A stretch of DNA of 64,000 bases, from assembly GCA_049903315.1 (NCBI GenBank), contig JBNGBT010000001.1, forward strand, positions 421,652-485,651, written 5' to 3'. Below the pieces are notes generated by a model. It was not told where the DNA came from. It saw nothing but the letters and a program-made list of their open reading frames with translations, and ran no database searches. The stretch comes from Candidatus Cloacimonadota bacterium (lineage in GTDB: Bacteria > Cloacimonadota > Cloacimonadia > JGIOTU-2). Positions 10,464 to 21,435 of the stretch are shown here, piece by piece (the first letter of the stretch is position 1; every line of letters starts with the position of its first letter). A program made the translations under genes and the position numbers.

Positions 10464-11074
10464 GTTCAAGGCATCATAGAAGAAAAGCTTTTTTTGAACA
10501 GCATGCTCGTACATGGGATGTCATTTGCACTCATGATGACGAAAAACTTGGAGAGATTTTTGATATTTTGCCTTTAAAAATAGGGGATCGTGTCCTGGAT
10601 GTGGGAACCGGAACGGGAATTGCTATTCCCTACATATTAAAAAAGGTCAGCACTTTTGGGAGTATTTACGCAATCGATTATGCAGAAAATATGATCAAGA
10701 AAGCAGAGGAAAAATTTCCTCGAAAAGAATATCCCAATGTGAATTTTATCATCAGGGATTTTTTTGATATTGATGCAGGAAAGCTTTTTGACTCAATTAT
10801 ATGTTATTCCTGTTTTCCACATTTTGATGATAAAGAAAAATTTATTCAGAAATGCTTTGACGTATTAGATAGGAATGGTACATTACTGATTGCACATTCG
10901 AGTTCTCGCATCAGGATCAATGAAATGCATGCTCGAAAACATAAGGCAGTACAGGATGATTTTTTGCCTTCTGCTCGAGAGATCGGAATGATAGCGAAAA
11001 GAAATGGATTTGTTGTAGTGGCTGAAAGAGATGATGAGAAATCGTTTTATATCCTCATAAAAAAAAAGAAATGA
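10460..11074 (+). CDS. Class I SAM-dependent methyltransferase
   Basis: Motif I VLDVGTGTG; ATGA overlap with the upstream gene. Confidence 0.85.
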   Translation: MSSRHHRRKAFFEQHARTWDVICTHDDEKLGEIFDILPLKIGDRVLDVGTGTGIAIPYILKKVSTFGSIYAIDYAENMIKKAEEKFPRKEYPNVNFIIRDFFDIDAGKLFDSIICYSCFPHFDDKEKFIQKCFDVLDRNGTLLIAHSSSRIRINEMHARKHKAVQDDFLPSAREIGMIAKRNGFVVVAERDDEKSFYILIKKKK

Positions 11075-11153
11075 ATAAATATATTAAACTTATTATTGAC
11101 AAAATATACGCATCGTTAAGATATGAAAAACGCAAATTTGAAAGGAGTTTTTA

Positions 11154-12167
11154 ATGAAAAAGTTTGGCATTATTCTATTGTGTACACTTGCCATTTCGCT
11201 TATTTTTTCTACCTCCCTTTTTGCGATGAGGTTTGAGCTGGAAGAATTCAGGAAATTACCGGCTGATTTCAAAGCAGAAATGGAACCAATCACTGATATG
11301 GACATGAATTATTGCTCTGTTCTTAAGGTTGAAGTAGACAAACCACTCGAACTTTCCCTTAAGCAGAAAGTCTATAAAAAAGAGAATATTGACGAAGATG
11401 AGTTTTACTTTTACGTATCTTCAAGAGAAGACAATATCACTTTTCAGGCACCCCGTTATGTTCCCTTAACAGTCGATCTCCCGAAGGGTGGATTGAAGAT
11501 AGGAACGACCTATTATGTGCGTCTTGCAACATTTGAGGATGTTGATGTGACGATAAACGTCGAGCCGAAAGATGCCCGGATCATTGTAAACGGTCTCACT
11601 TGGGAGCAACCGAAAGGCAACCTGCTTCCCGGAGAATATGTGATCTTTCTTATGGCAGATGGTTTTGTAGAGATATTGGACACAGTTCAAGTTTCTCCCA
11701 AAAATACTGTTTTCAATTATATCATGGTTGAAGAAAAGACCATACCGGCATTGCAGGAAAACACACAAGAAGTGCAAGTTCCAAAAGGGGATGATCCCTT
11801 TATGATCGAGTTCAACAATTACAGATTTCGTGTAACCGGATGCGAGTATACCCAACAAACACTCTCAATAATGTTAACGATACGGAATCTGGCACCAGAA
11901 CGCGAACTCACACTTATCAAAAATAACACCAAAGCGTATGATGCAGAAGGTAATGAGTATACGCCCTCAACTCTGGAATTTGCAAACAAAACAAAAACCT
12001 GGAATCTTACTCATAATCTTGTGCAGGATGTACCCACAAAAGCGAAATTGATCTTTAAGGATGTGAAGAAACCAGTCAGTGTGATTACGCTTCTCAATCT
12101 TGGCTTATGGGATTCAGTGAACCGTGACTTCAAGGTATCTTTCAAAAGTATCCCGGTCACCAAATAA
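11154..12167 (+). CDS. Secreted hypothetical protein with a PEGA-like segment and an Ig-like C-terminus
   Basis: Signal peptide; INVEPKDARIIVNG...LLPGEY PEGA-like pattern; AAGGAG SD. Confidence 0.65.
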   Translation: MKKFGIILLCTLAISLIFSTSLFAMRFELEEFRKLPADFKAEMEPITDMDMNYCSVLKVEVDKPLELSLKQKVYKKENIDEDEFYFYVSSREDNITFQAPRYVPLTVDLPKGGLKIGTTYYVRLATFEDVDVTINVEPKDARIIVNGLTWEQPKGNLLPGEYVIFLMADGFVEILDTVQVSPKNTVFNYIMVEEKTIPALQENTQEVQVPKGDDPFMIEFNNYRFRVTGCEYTQQTLSIMLTIRNLAPERELTLIKNNTKAYDAEGNEYTPSTLEFANKTKTWNLTHNLVQDVPTKAKLIFKDVKKPVSVITLLNLGLWDSVNRDFKVSFKSIPVTK

Positions 12168-12191
12168 AATAAAGAACTATTTTCAATTGAG

Positions 12192-12219
12192 AAAGAGGAA
12201 GCTTTGACTTCCTCTTTTT
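12192..12219 (+). terminator. Intrinsic terminator after 11154-12167
   Basis: AAAGAGGAAG-ctttga-CTTCCTCTTT followed by T residues. Confidence 0.65.
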
Positions 12220-12227
12220 AAACCTAA

Positions 12228-13460
12228 ATGGATTTTCGTAGATTTTTTTTAAAGAAATTCTTCAGCATAAAGGGTAAAAGGGATTTTTTTTCCTTCAGCT
12301 CTCTTGTATCAATTGCTGGTATCACAATCGGGGTGATTGCATTAACAGTCTCTCTGGCTCTCTTTAGCGGCTACTATGATACCATGAAAGAAATCATATT
12401 GGGAGTGAATTCTCATATTTACATTCTTAAATTTGGCAACGACACTATTGATGAGCACGGATATCAAGGTATTGCTTCAATGCTGGATTCTCTTGAAGCA
12501 GTTCAGGCATACGCACCTTTCCTATACACTGAAGGAATGGCATTGAGAGAAGCTGATATCGCAGGAGTTATTGTCAGGGGAATTGACTTTGAAAAGGAGA
12601 TGGAAACTACCGATCTTGGTCGGTTTATTGACAAGGGCACCTATAAAAGAGAAGGTGATTTTACAGTAATTGGGAAAAATATCGCTAAACGGCTTCACGC
12701 AACAGTAGGAGACACCATCAAACTTATCACTCCTATGAATGCGGATATCACTTTTGCAGGGATGATACCCTCCTCGATTGAAGTGGAAATCGCAGGTATT
12801 TTTTCTTCGGGAATGTTTGAATTTGACAATTCACTTGTGCTTCTGCCCATGAATACTGCCCAGGAATTCCTTTCCGTTTCGGATCAATATTCCGGAATTT
12901 CCATGAAACTGCACAAGGAATATGTTGAGGAAGCAGATGTGATCGCATCGCATATTCAGCAAAAGCTTTCCTATCCTTATAATGTAAGCAACTGGATAGG
13001 TCTTAATAAAAATTTGTTCAGCCTGCTGAAACTCGAGAAGTGGGTGATCTTTATCATCATTGCTCTCATTGTATTGGTTGCCGGTTTCGGATTGACAAGT
13101 GTGCTTTCCATGCATATCCTTGATAAAAGAAAAGAGATCGGCATTCTCAAAGCCCTTGGTACTACGAACAGGGATCTGAAAAAAATTTTTTTCTCAAGAA
13201 ATATGATAATCGGATTCACAGGCATTGTGATTGGTTTGATCATAGGATTGCTCATTTCCTTGCTGCTGACCCATACTGATATTATTACAATTGAAAGCGA
13301 TGTCTATCTGATCGAGCATCTCGTCGTAGAAAATCAACCTATAGATTTTGTGTGTATCATTCTTGTTGCCGGAATAATAATTGCCCTGTCTTCCTACTTT
13401 CCTTTGAGGAAGATTTCGCAGCTTCAGGCAGTATCAATTATTCGAATCTCAAAAAAATAG
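12228..13460 (+). CDS. lolC: Lipoprotein-releasing ABC transporter permease (LolC/E family)
   Basis: SIAGITIGVIAL N-terminal TM, periplasmic domain, KRKEIGILKALG FtsX motif; directly upstream of lolD. Confidence 0.85.
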   Translation: MDFRRFFLKKFFSIKGKRDFFSFSSLVSIAGITIGVIALTVSLALFSGYYDTMKEIILGVNSHIYILKFGNDTIDEHGYQGIASMLDSLEAVQAYAPFLYTEGMALREADIAGVIVRGIDFEKEMETTDLGRFIDKGTYKREGDFTVIGKNIAKRLHATVGDTIKLITPMNADITFAGMIPSSIEVEIAGIFSSGMFEFDNSLVLLPMNTAQEFLSVSDQYSGISMKLHKEYVEEADVIASHIQQKLSYPYNVSNWIGLNKNLFSLLKLEKWVIFIIIALIVLVAGFGLTSVLSMHILDKRKEIGILKALGTTNRDLKKIFFSRNMIIGFTGIVIGLIIGLLISLLLTHTDIITIESDVYLIEHLVVENQPIDFVCIILVAGIIIALSSYFPLRKISQLQAVSIIRISKK

Positions 13461-13469
13461 AGAGGTCCT

Positions 13470-14156
13470 ATGATCTTACAGGCACAGCATATTACGAAAA
13501 GTTATTTCGAGGGCACAGAACGAACACGTTTGACAGTTCTCGATGATCTTGATTTCTCCATGAGGGAAGGATCAATAGTATCCATAACCGGATTGTCGGG
13601 CAGCGGGAAAAGTACTCTCCTGCACATATTGGGGACACTCGATCAGCCGGATTCAGGAAATATAATTTTTAAAGACAAGAACATACGGTCTTTTAATGAA
13701 AACGATCTGGCACATTTCCGCAACATGAGTATTGGTTTTGTATTCCAGTTCCATCATTTGCTTCCAGAATTTACTACTGTAGAGAACGTTGCAATGCCAA
13801 AAATGATCTGCGGAAAATCATATAAAGACAGTATTCTTGCTTCTGAAGAATTGTTAAAGTCGCTCGATCTTATTGAAAGAAGATACCATTACCCGCATCA
13901 GCTGAGCGGGGGAGAGCAGCAGAGAGTTGCTGTGGCAAGAGCTCTAATAAATAATCCCGATATTGTGCTCGCAGATGAACCCACGGGCAACCTGGATTCC
14001 ATCCACAGCAATGAGTTGACCGACCTGTTATGGAGTCTGAACAAGCGTTTTGACACGACAGTGCTTTTGGTAACACATAACCTGGAACTTGCAAAACGGG
14101 CTGATGAAGTGTATAATTTAGAGGGCGGTAAGCTTCATAAGCTGCAGAAAAATTAA
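13470..14156 (+). CDS. lolD: Lipoprotein-releasing ABC transporter ATP-binding protein
   Basis: Walker A GLSGSGKST, LolD motif GFVFQFHHLLPEF, LSGGEQQRVA, ADEPTGNLD. Confidence 0.92.
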   Translation: MILQAQHITKSYFEGTERTRLTVLDDLDFSMREGSIVSITGLSGSGKSTLLHILGTLDQPDSGNIIFKDKNIRSFNENDLAHFRNMSIGFVFQFHHLLPEFTTVENVAMPKMICGKSYKDSILASEELLKSLDLIERRYHYPHQLSGGEQQRVAVARALINNPDIVLADEPTGNLDSIHSNELTDLLWSLNKRFDTTVLLVTHNLELAKRADEVYNLEGGKLHKLQKN

Positions 14157-14176
14157 GTTGTAGAAATTATCGATAT

Positions 14177-17100
14177 ATGAGAAAGAGAAAATGGTTGCTG
14201 ATAGTTGTCATTATCATCATAATGATAAACCTTCTTTTCTGGGGAATGACCTATCTTTTCGATGTGAACGGATATATTAAAAATAGACTCACCAAGACAA
14301 TCGGGAGAGACCTGAATGCGACCATAAGCTTCTCAACCTTAAACTTCACTTCAAAAATACTACAGATTTCCGATCTTGAGGTTACCCAGAAGGATGGGGA
14401 TTATACTTTCAGAGCTAAACAGCTTTATCTTGATTTCTCTTTCTGGCAACTCCTCCTGCACAAATTCCAATTCGCAAAAGCCCTGAAAGAAATCCGGTGT
14501 TTTTCTCCGGAGATTATATATAATGCTGCCTACGATAAGGAGCAGACAAAACTTAGCATTGATATAGAAAAATTAGAAAAAACACTCACTCGCTTTGATT
14601 ATATCTCTATCATAAATGGGAAAGTGAACCTGAACAGTATGGGAGAAATTGTCTTTTCAGATAACCTTGAGAAAATCAATGTGAGTCTGCAAAAGCAGCA
14701 GGATAAAGAGTGGCATATAAAAATGTCTGCCCTGCAAGCGGAAAATGAAGGTTCGATCGAACTTGAGGGAATCTATTCTAAACAATCTAATCAATTTCAA
14801 ATTACTTTCAAGGATTACGATGTGCCTAATGTCAGCACAAAAAATGCAGTTCTTGTAAGCGCAACACTCAACGCAGAGATTCAGGCTACTTTGTCTGAAA
14901 TCACTAGTGGCACTATCAGCATGAGTAATATCGAAAGCACTTTTCAGGATGAGATCATTTCTTCAGAAGAACTTGCAGTTGTGCTTGGTCCTGATTATCT
15001 TAAAATTGATAAGAATGCCAAAATCCTATGGAAAAATAATGTGATAGCATGCGAAGGATATGTTGCGAATTATTTAAGCAAAGACTCTCATGTGGATATA
15101 TCTTTTCAAATGGACGGTTTCAGTACAACATTACTCGATGAGAATATGTCCGGTCTTCTTGATGTGCGCGCAAAAATAACAGGTAATTACTCATTCCCTG
15201 AGATACATTTCAATTTCGGTTCAGATAAGCTTCTTTATGATTCTTTTCAGGTCAGCAATCTCTCATCCGAACTCATCTTCAGGAATCATATGGCAGAAAT
15301 TAAGAATGGCAATTTTGAAGTTGAACGAAATCGAGTTAACTTTTCGGGTAAAATAGCAGTAAATGAAAATAGACTTGCTGAGAGTCAGTTGGACATTACC
15401 TTAGAGTCAAATAGATTCAATTATGCGGTCGATGATCTGACACTTCAATCTGATGTAGAAGTGAAGGTTTCGGGCAATGCCGGGAATCCGGAGATTCATG
15501 CATATCTTGCTCAAATAATAATATTGAATGATATGTTCCAACTTCCGGAGTTATACGGAAATATTTCTTATAATAATCAAGAAGCAACATTTAATCTGCA
15601 AGATAGCAACCACTCCCTATTACTTAATGGAGATTTTGATATTTTCCGAAAACCTCCTTTTGTAAATGCAGAAATATATGCAAATGATCTTGCGCTGACA
15701 AATATATTAAGAACCGAAATCCCGTTTTTGAGTCCCCTCGACCCTCATGTGAATGCTCAATTCATGCTTACATTAAAAGAAGGTGTGATTAATCCTGACG
15801 GAAGGTTCAACTTTGCTGATAATATCAATTCTTCGGTAAAAGGATCAATCCTTATTTCTGGAGAAGTGCCTATCGATTTCAAAGGAAGAACCGGATTCCT
15901 TTCTATAAGATCAGACACGCTTTATATATATAATGAGCCCCTTAATTTTGTTTTTAATTCAACACTTTCTGAAAATGAGCACTTAGCAGGAGAATTGAGC
16001 ATTAATAATACTATTTATACAAATGCTCTCGTGAAATTTAATCAGGAGGAAATTCACTATTCCGGAAATTTTTCGATCGACTCTCTCTCTATCAACCAAC
16101 TCAATAATTTGATCTCTCTTTTTGAAAAAGAAACTCCTTTAAGTGGTATCATGAATGCCGATTTTGTATTTGACAGTTCTCAAGAAATATCCGGAAGAGG
16201 TAACTTGGAGTTGAAGGAATTCAGTTTTAGCGAGAATATTAATCCAATTAATGTTGAAATAGAATTACAAACAGATTCATCCAAAGTGGCTCTCAATAAT
16301 ATTCGTGTACAAAATTCTCAATCCCTTCTGAAAGGAAATGCTTCTTACTATCTCACTGAAGGTAATTTTGAATGTAATGCTTCAGAAGAAAATGTCGTGT
16401 TGGAAAATTTTTTGCAAGGTATTCCTGTGAAAGGAAAGGCGAGTTACGCACTTTCTGCATTCGGGCATCTCAATGATCCACATATCTTGTGTGATGTATC
16501 TGTTGAGGACGGAACGCTTTATAATACTGCTTTTAATTCATGTGCAATCCAGTTTTTCCAGGATTTTGATATGTTCTATCTCAATGAGATGGAAGTCACT
16601 GCACCAGATTTTATTTTCTCCGGAAGCGGATCCTACAGTTATAATTTTCTGACTGAGGAATTTTACAATCAGTCTGATAATATGAAGTTCCAATTTTCCG
16701 GTGATCTACTCAAAATTGTTATGCCATATGTCCCCGACATGAAACAGGCATCCAGCAATGCTGAGCTTTTCTGTTCATTTACTACTGACGAGACAAACAC
16801 GATCGTTGATACGGCTCGGCTGAACATTTCTGATGGTCAATTTTCGATCAAATCCCAGCCCGAAAAGATAAGGAATTTTTCTTGTGCAGCGGAAGTGAAA
16901 GAAAACGTAATGACCACACTGAATGGTTCATTTAGAATGGGGGGCGGCAAACTTTATTTTAAAAATACAATTAATAATGATGACTCTGATATATTTGCAG
17001 GAAATATCAATATTGGCTCAATAAAACTCAATACTGATGACCAGGGGATCACCATACATATTCCAAACTACCAGCCGGAAAGAGGTCTTGTTAATGCGCA

Positions 17101-18196
17101 TTTGACAGGATATGAAGATGAGTATTTCACGGTGTATAATGAGAATGGGGCATGGGTACTTTCCGGGAGAATACTTCTTTCAAATGGCGATGCAATTTAT
17201 GAAGAAGGGGAGGAGCGAGAAGAGGTCGAAGACTCAGGGTTACCTCCAATTTATGCTGATTTTGATCTTGTCTTTGATAAAAATACATGGTACGTTTCCA
17301 ATCCATTCAATCTCAAAATTGATGCGGGAGACTATATGAGTTTCCGTACAAATCGAGAAACCGAAGAGCTTGAACTCTATTTTGATCTTCATTCTCAGCG
17401 TGGTGAGATGAGGTTGTTTGGTGAATCTTTCAGCGTGGAGGATGTGATCGTACGTAAAGCACGGCAGGACAGAAAAGTTTTCATTAATGCCACGTTCACC
17501 AAGCGGACACCGGACGGCTCGATGATCTATCTGCACGTGCAGTCAACCGAGGACAAGCTGAATGCTGATGACATCGGCACTGATGCGTATGGAGATGTCG
17601 AAGTTACTTTGCGGAGCGATAATCCTAAAGATGTGACTATGCTCAGCATCCTCTCAAAAATTCAATACGGAAAAGAAATAGGTGAACTTTCCGAAGATGA
17701 GCGGTTTGATCTTGGCAGAGAACAGGCAATAAATCTCGCCAGCGATGAACTGAGTAATCTGATATTCAGTCCTCTTATAAGTCCGGTAGAGGGTGTTGTG
17801 CGGCAGATACTTGGACTGGATTATGTGAGATTAAAAACCGGTTTTATGAGAAATATAATAGAAACGAGCGGCATTGTGGAGTCGGATGACAATATTATTG
17901 ATAGAGAGTACGACTCTGACCTGGAGCTGCTCGGAGAACTCAGCAAAGATATTTTACTTGAGAACCTTGCAATCGACCTCGGGAAGTACATAACTCCAGA
18001 ATGGTACCTGAACTACGAAGCGCTCATTAAAAAGGAAATGACAGCGAGAAACGAAACGTATATCGGTGTGCAGCACGAGCTCTCATTAACGTGGGACCTG
18101 CCGTATAATTTCCGGTTTATTTATCGATATCAATTCTATCCTGCGCAGGGAAAAGACAACCAGGGAATATCATTAGAGACGGTTTTTCATTTTTAA
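14177..18196 (+). CDS. TamB/AsmA-like intermembrane bridge protein
   Basis: N-terminal TM anchor, ~1300 aa of beta-rich sequence, C-terminal Phe; sits between lolD and bamA. Confidence 0.65.
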   Translation: MRKRKWLLIVVIIIIMINLLFWGMTYLFDVNGYIKNRLTKTIGRDLNATISFSTLNFTSKILQISDLEVTQKDGDYTFRAKQLYLDFSFWQLLLHKFQFAKALKEIRCFSPEIIYNAAYDKEQTKLSIDIEKLEKTLTRFDYISIINGKVNLNSMGEIVFSDNLEKINVSLQKQQDKEWHIKMSALQAENEGSIELEGIYSKQSNQFQITFKDYDVPNVSTKNAVLVSATLNAEIQATLSEITSGTISMSNIESTFQDEIISSEELAVVLGPDYLKIDKNAKILWKNNVIACEGYVANYLSKDSHVDISFQMDGFSTTLLDENMSGLLDVRAKITGNYSFPEIHFNFGSDKLLYDSFQVSNLSSELIFRNHMAEIKNGNFEVERNRVNFSGKIAVNENRLAESQLDITLESNRFNYAVDDLTLQSDVEVKVSGNAGNPEIHAYLAQIIILNDMFQLPELYGNISYNNQEATFNLQDSNHSLLLNGDFDIFRKPPFVNAEIYANDLALTNILRTEIPFLSPLDPHVNAQFMLTLKEGVINPDGRFNFADNINSSVKGSILISGEVPIDFKGRTGFLSIRSDTLYIYNEPLNFVFNSTLSENEHLAGELSINNTIYTNALVKFNQEEIHYSGNFSIDSLSINQLNNLISLFEKETPLSGIMNADFVFDSSQEISGRGNLELKEFSFSENINPINVEIELQTDSSKVALNNIRVQNSQSLLKGNASYYLTEGNFECNASEENVVLENFLQGIPVKGKASYALSAFGHLNDPHILCDVSVEDGTLYNTAFNSCAIQFFQDFDMFYLNEMEVTAPDFIFSGSGSYSYNFLTEEFYNQSDNMKFQFSGDLLKIVMPYVPDMKQASSNAELFCSFTTDETNTIVDTARLNISDGQFSIKSQPEKIRNFSCAAEVKENVMTTLNGSFRMGGGKLYFKNTINNDDSDIFAGNINIGSIKLNTDDQGITIHIPNYQPERGLVNAHLTGYEDEYFTVYNENGAWVLSGRILLSNGDAIYEEGEEREEVEDSGLPPIYADFDLVFDKNTWYVSNPFNLKIDAGDYMSFRTNRETEELELYFDLHSQRGEMRLFGESFSVEDVIVRKARQDRKVFINATFTKRTPDGSMIYLHVQSTEDKLNADDIGTDAYGDVEVTLRSDNPKDVTMLSILSKIQYGKEIGELSEDERFDLGREQAINLASDELSNLIFSPLISPVEGVVRQILGLDYVRLKTGFMRNIIETSGIVESDDNIIDREYDSDLELLGELSKDILLENLAIDLGKYITPEWYLNYEALIKKEMTARNETYIGVQHELSLTWDLPYNFRFIYRYQFYPAQGKDNQGISLETVFHF

Positions 18197-18224
18197 CTTT
18201 ACCTCTTTAAAAATTGCACACTGA

Positions 18225-18244
18225 TCGGCCAGTTGGCAGACAAG
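18225..18244. repeat. Micro-palindrome family A (TCCGCC-N4-GGCGGA-CAAG), degenerate copy
   Basis: TCGGCC-AGTT-GGCAGA-CAAG; related copies at 33593 and 46601. Confidence 0.55.
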
Positions 18245-18598
18245 TTCACGCGATTCTCACAGAAAAAAAATATTCACCACAGAGATCGCTCGACTTCATT
18301 CAATTCCGTCGCTGCAACAGAGGAACATTCATCCAAAATAGGAAGTACTCCTCATATGAACACCTCATTCGTTCGATAGAGAGTATATAGTTTGGCTTGA
18401 GTATGTGAGGTATTCTTTTAGAAGAGTTCTTGGTGGTAATCCTATTAAATATATACGAACTTTATACTATTATTGAATTTGTTTAAAAAGTAAAAGTATA
18501 TACTTTAGATTATATTCTTTATATCTTACTAAAAAACTTTACTAATTATTTCTATGACGGGAATTATGCCATAAATTATCATAAGATTTAATGAAATT

Positions 18599-20854
18599 AT
18601 GAAAAAAATTATATTCTTTATTTTAGTAGCTCTTGTTACTTTTTGTACGACCCAGGTTTTTGCTCAAATAGAGTATAACTATATTTCTGATATTGAGATC
18701 ACGGGAAATATCAATGTAACCACCCAGCTTATCAAGTCGGCATCAGGGCTGGCGCTCGGGCAGGTATATTCTGCAGATAAGGTTACCAAAGCCATTCAGA
18801 ACATCTATAAGCTTGGCTTGTTCAGTAATATTCAGGTCGAAAAAGTCCAGAACAATAAGGGAGTGAAGGTCATCATACAGGTTTCTGAATTTCCCATTGT
18901 TCAGGACTGGGAAATAACCGGTAACAAAAAGATACGAGTTGACGAAATAAAGAAGCAGTTCAGGCTTGTTCGCGGTGACTATTGGTCGGGCGAACGGGAA
19001 CTGGAAATCAAGCATAAAATTCTTGAGCTTTATTTTTCGAAGGGATACAGACTTGCTGCAGTGAGTTTCAAAGAAACGCCTGTACTGAACAACAGGATCG
19101 AGCTGACCATTGTCATTAATGAAGGACACAAAGTGGTGATCCGCGAAATCAGCTTCAAGGGTAATGAGAAAGTTACAGAAAAGAAACTGCGAAGGATCAT
19201 AAAGACAAAGAAAAGCGGATTTTTGCGTTCCGGTGTGTTCGACCAGGAAAAATTTGATGAAGATCTGACCCGCATTATTGATTATTACAATTCCAAGGGT
19301 TACATCGATGCTGCAGTCATTGGCTGGGAACCGAGATACGATGAAAACGGACGACTGTTCCTGACAATCAATGTGTACGAGGGCAATCAATACCGTATCG
19401 GCACAATATCTCTTGAAGGCAATACATTATTCAGCAAAGAAATTCTTCTCCGTCAGCTCAAATTTGAAATGAATGAGATCTTTAACAGGGAAGATTTTGA
19501 TAACAAACTGAATGGCATACGTTCGATGTATTATGAAGAGGGATATATTTATTCAACCGTTTCTCCTCAGATCAATCCGCAGGGAGATGTGGTGAACATC
19601 AATATCTTTGTGCAGGAAAACAATCGCGCAAAGGTCAGGCAGATCTATGTCGAGGGTAACAAGAAGACAAAAGAGAAGATCATCCGCCGGCAGCTTGCAA
19701 TCGTACCTGGTGATTACTTCAGGCAGTCTTTGCTGATACAGAGTCAGCGCAACATATACAATCTCGGATTTTTCGAACCCAATATCGGGCTTGATTACCA
19801 GCCGATTAATGATGATGGCGATATCGATCTCATATTCCAACTTGAGGATAAGGAATCCGGTACTGCAAATATGGGTGTAAATTATGATGAAGAGGATAAG
19901 CTTACGGGTTTTCTTTCGTTGTCTCATAATAACCTATTTGGAAAAGCATGGGGACTGAAATTATCCTGGGAATTCAGCGGCTCTAAACAGGAATATGACA
20001 TCAGTTTTACCAATCCGTATTTTTATGATACGAATGTACTTGTGGGCGCAGATGTGTATCATCAAAGAAATGACTGGAAAAATTATAATTATAAGGTAGT
20101 AAAATCCGGCGGTGGTTTTCGTATTGGAACCAAAATTCCGTGGGTCAATTATGCAAAGGTTACCACCGGTTATTCAATAACGCAGAAACAGTATAGTATT
20201 CTGGATGAAAAGGATAATGTTTCAACTTCCTTGCAAGCTCTTGTTGACAGGGGAAAGATACTCACGAGTACTGCCTTTCTCACCCTGGAACGAGACGATA
20301 GAGATAATGTGTTCCGCCCGAGTGAGGGCTCGCTTGTACGCTCATACACAGAGCTGGCAGGTGGTTTCTTTGGCGGAAGTGAAAACTATATTAAAGAAAT
20401 AGTCCAAACAAACTGGTATTTGAAGCTTTTCTGGAAATTCTCTCTTGGCGTACGCTGGAGAGTTGGGTATGTGAAAGCATTTGGCGACACAAAAGAAGTA
20501 CCGCCCGATGAACTTTTCTACCCCGGAGGTACCGGTGCAGACGGAATCCGCGGATATCCTGATAATAGTGTTGTTCCTGAAGATCAGGACGGAGGTAAAG
20601 CAGAATTTATCACTTCCAGCGAAATCACATTCCCGATCTCTGGTGACCAGATAATCGGAGTGATGTTCCTTGATGCAGGAAATTCATACAATTACCTTTC
20701 AGAGATCAATGTGCAAAAACTGAAAAAAGGAATTGGAATGGGCGTTCGTATCATGTCGCCAATGGGACTTCTCGGATTTGATTATGCATATGGTATGGAC
20801 AGAGAAGTAAATAATAAATGGCAATTCCATTTCCAATTTGGCTCAACGTTTTAA
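18599..20854 (+). CDS. bamA: Outer membrane protein assembly factor BamA
   Basis: Signal peptide, POTRA repeats (GN..T...IIRR), IRGY motif, C-terminal FHFQFGSTF. Confidence 0.95.
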   Translation: MKKIIFFILVALVTFCTTQVFAQIEYNYISDIEITGNINVTTQLIKSASGLALGQVYSADKVTKAIQNIYKLGLFSNIQVEKVQNNKGVKVIIQVSEFPIVQDWEITGNKKIRVDEIKKQFRLVRGDYWSGERELEIKHKILELYFSKGYRLAAVSFKETPVLNNRIELTIVINEGHKVVIREISFKGNEKVTEKKLRRIIKTKKSGFLRSGVFDQEKFDEDLTRIIDYYNSKGYIDAAVIGWEPRYDENGRLFLTINVYEGNQYRIGTISLEGNTLFSKEILLRQLKFEMNEIFNREDFDNKLNGIRSMYYEEGYIYSTVSPQINPQGDVVNINIFVQENNRAKVRQIYVEGNKKTKEKIIRRQLAIVPGDYFRQSLLIQSQRNIYNLGFFEPNIGLDYQPINDDGDIDLIFQLEDKESGTANMGVNYDEEDKLTGFLSLSHNNLFGKAWGLKLSWEFSGSKQEYDISFTNPYFYDTNVLVGADVYHQRNDWKNYNYKVVKSGGGFRIGTKIPWVNYAKVTTGYSITQKQYSILDEKDNVSTSLQALVDRGKILTSTAFLTLERDDRDNVFRPSEGSLVRSYTELAGGFFGGSENYIKEIVQTNWYLKLFWKFSLGVRWRVGYVKAFGDTKEVPPDELFYPGGTGADGIRGYPDNSVVPEDQDGGKAEFITSSEITFPISGDQIIGVMFLDAGNSYNYLSEINVQKLKKGIGMGVRIMSPMGLLGFDYAYGMDREVNNKWQFHFQFGSTF

Positions 20855-20886
20855 AAAATAATTTTATATAATAAGGAGATGTTATA

Positions 20887-21435
20887 ATGAAGTTCAAAGG
20901 TATAATCATTGCGATGTTATTGGTTCTGATCCCCATCATGGGATTTGCTGCTACACAAAAGATCGGCGTGATAGATGTCGATAAAGTGTATAATGATTTT
21001 GAAGAGAAGAATATTGCAGAGCAGCAATTCTATCAGGAATCAGACCAGTGGGAAAAAGATCTGGATGAAAAAGAAGCGGAAATTACTCGCTTGAAGAATG
21101 AATATGAAAACCTTCCTCCAATCGTTTCCAAAGATCGCCGCGAACAAAAATTAAAAGAGATAGAACAGAAAGAAACCGATTTCTATAATTTAGCGAATGA
21201 ATATCGCAACAAGGCAGTCGAACGCCAGATGGAACTTCTCGCACCTATTAGTGAGAAGATAGTTAATGCGATCAATGAAGTTGCTGAAGAATACGGGCTG
21301 GATATTGTGCTCAATACTATGCAGGGTGAGGTCGTGCTCTACATCAAGAGTGAAGATATTGATATCACCGAAGCTGTTATTGAGAAGCTGAATGTAAACG
21401 CAGTTCCCGCTCCAAAAGAAAAAACTGAGGAATGA
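20887..21435 (+). CDS. skp: Periplasmic chaperone Skp/OmpH
   Basis: [11 protein letters not shown]-terminus, coiled coil, [11 protein letters not shown]; bamA-skp-lpxD order. Confidence 0.9.
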   Translation: MKFKGIIIAMLLVLIPIMGFAATQKIGVIDVDKVYNDFEEKNIAEQQFYQESDQWEKDLDEKEAEITRLKNEYENLPPIVSKDRREQKLKEIEQKETDFYNLANEYRNKAVERQMELLAPISEKIVNAINEVAEEYGLDIVLNTMQGEVVLYIKSEDIDITEAVIEKLNVNAVPAPKEKTEE

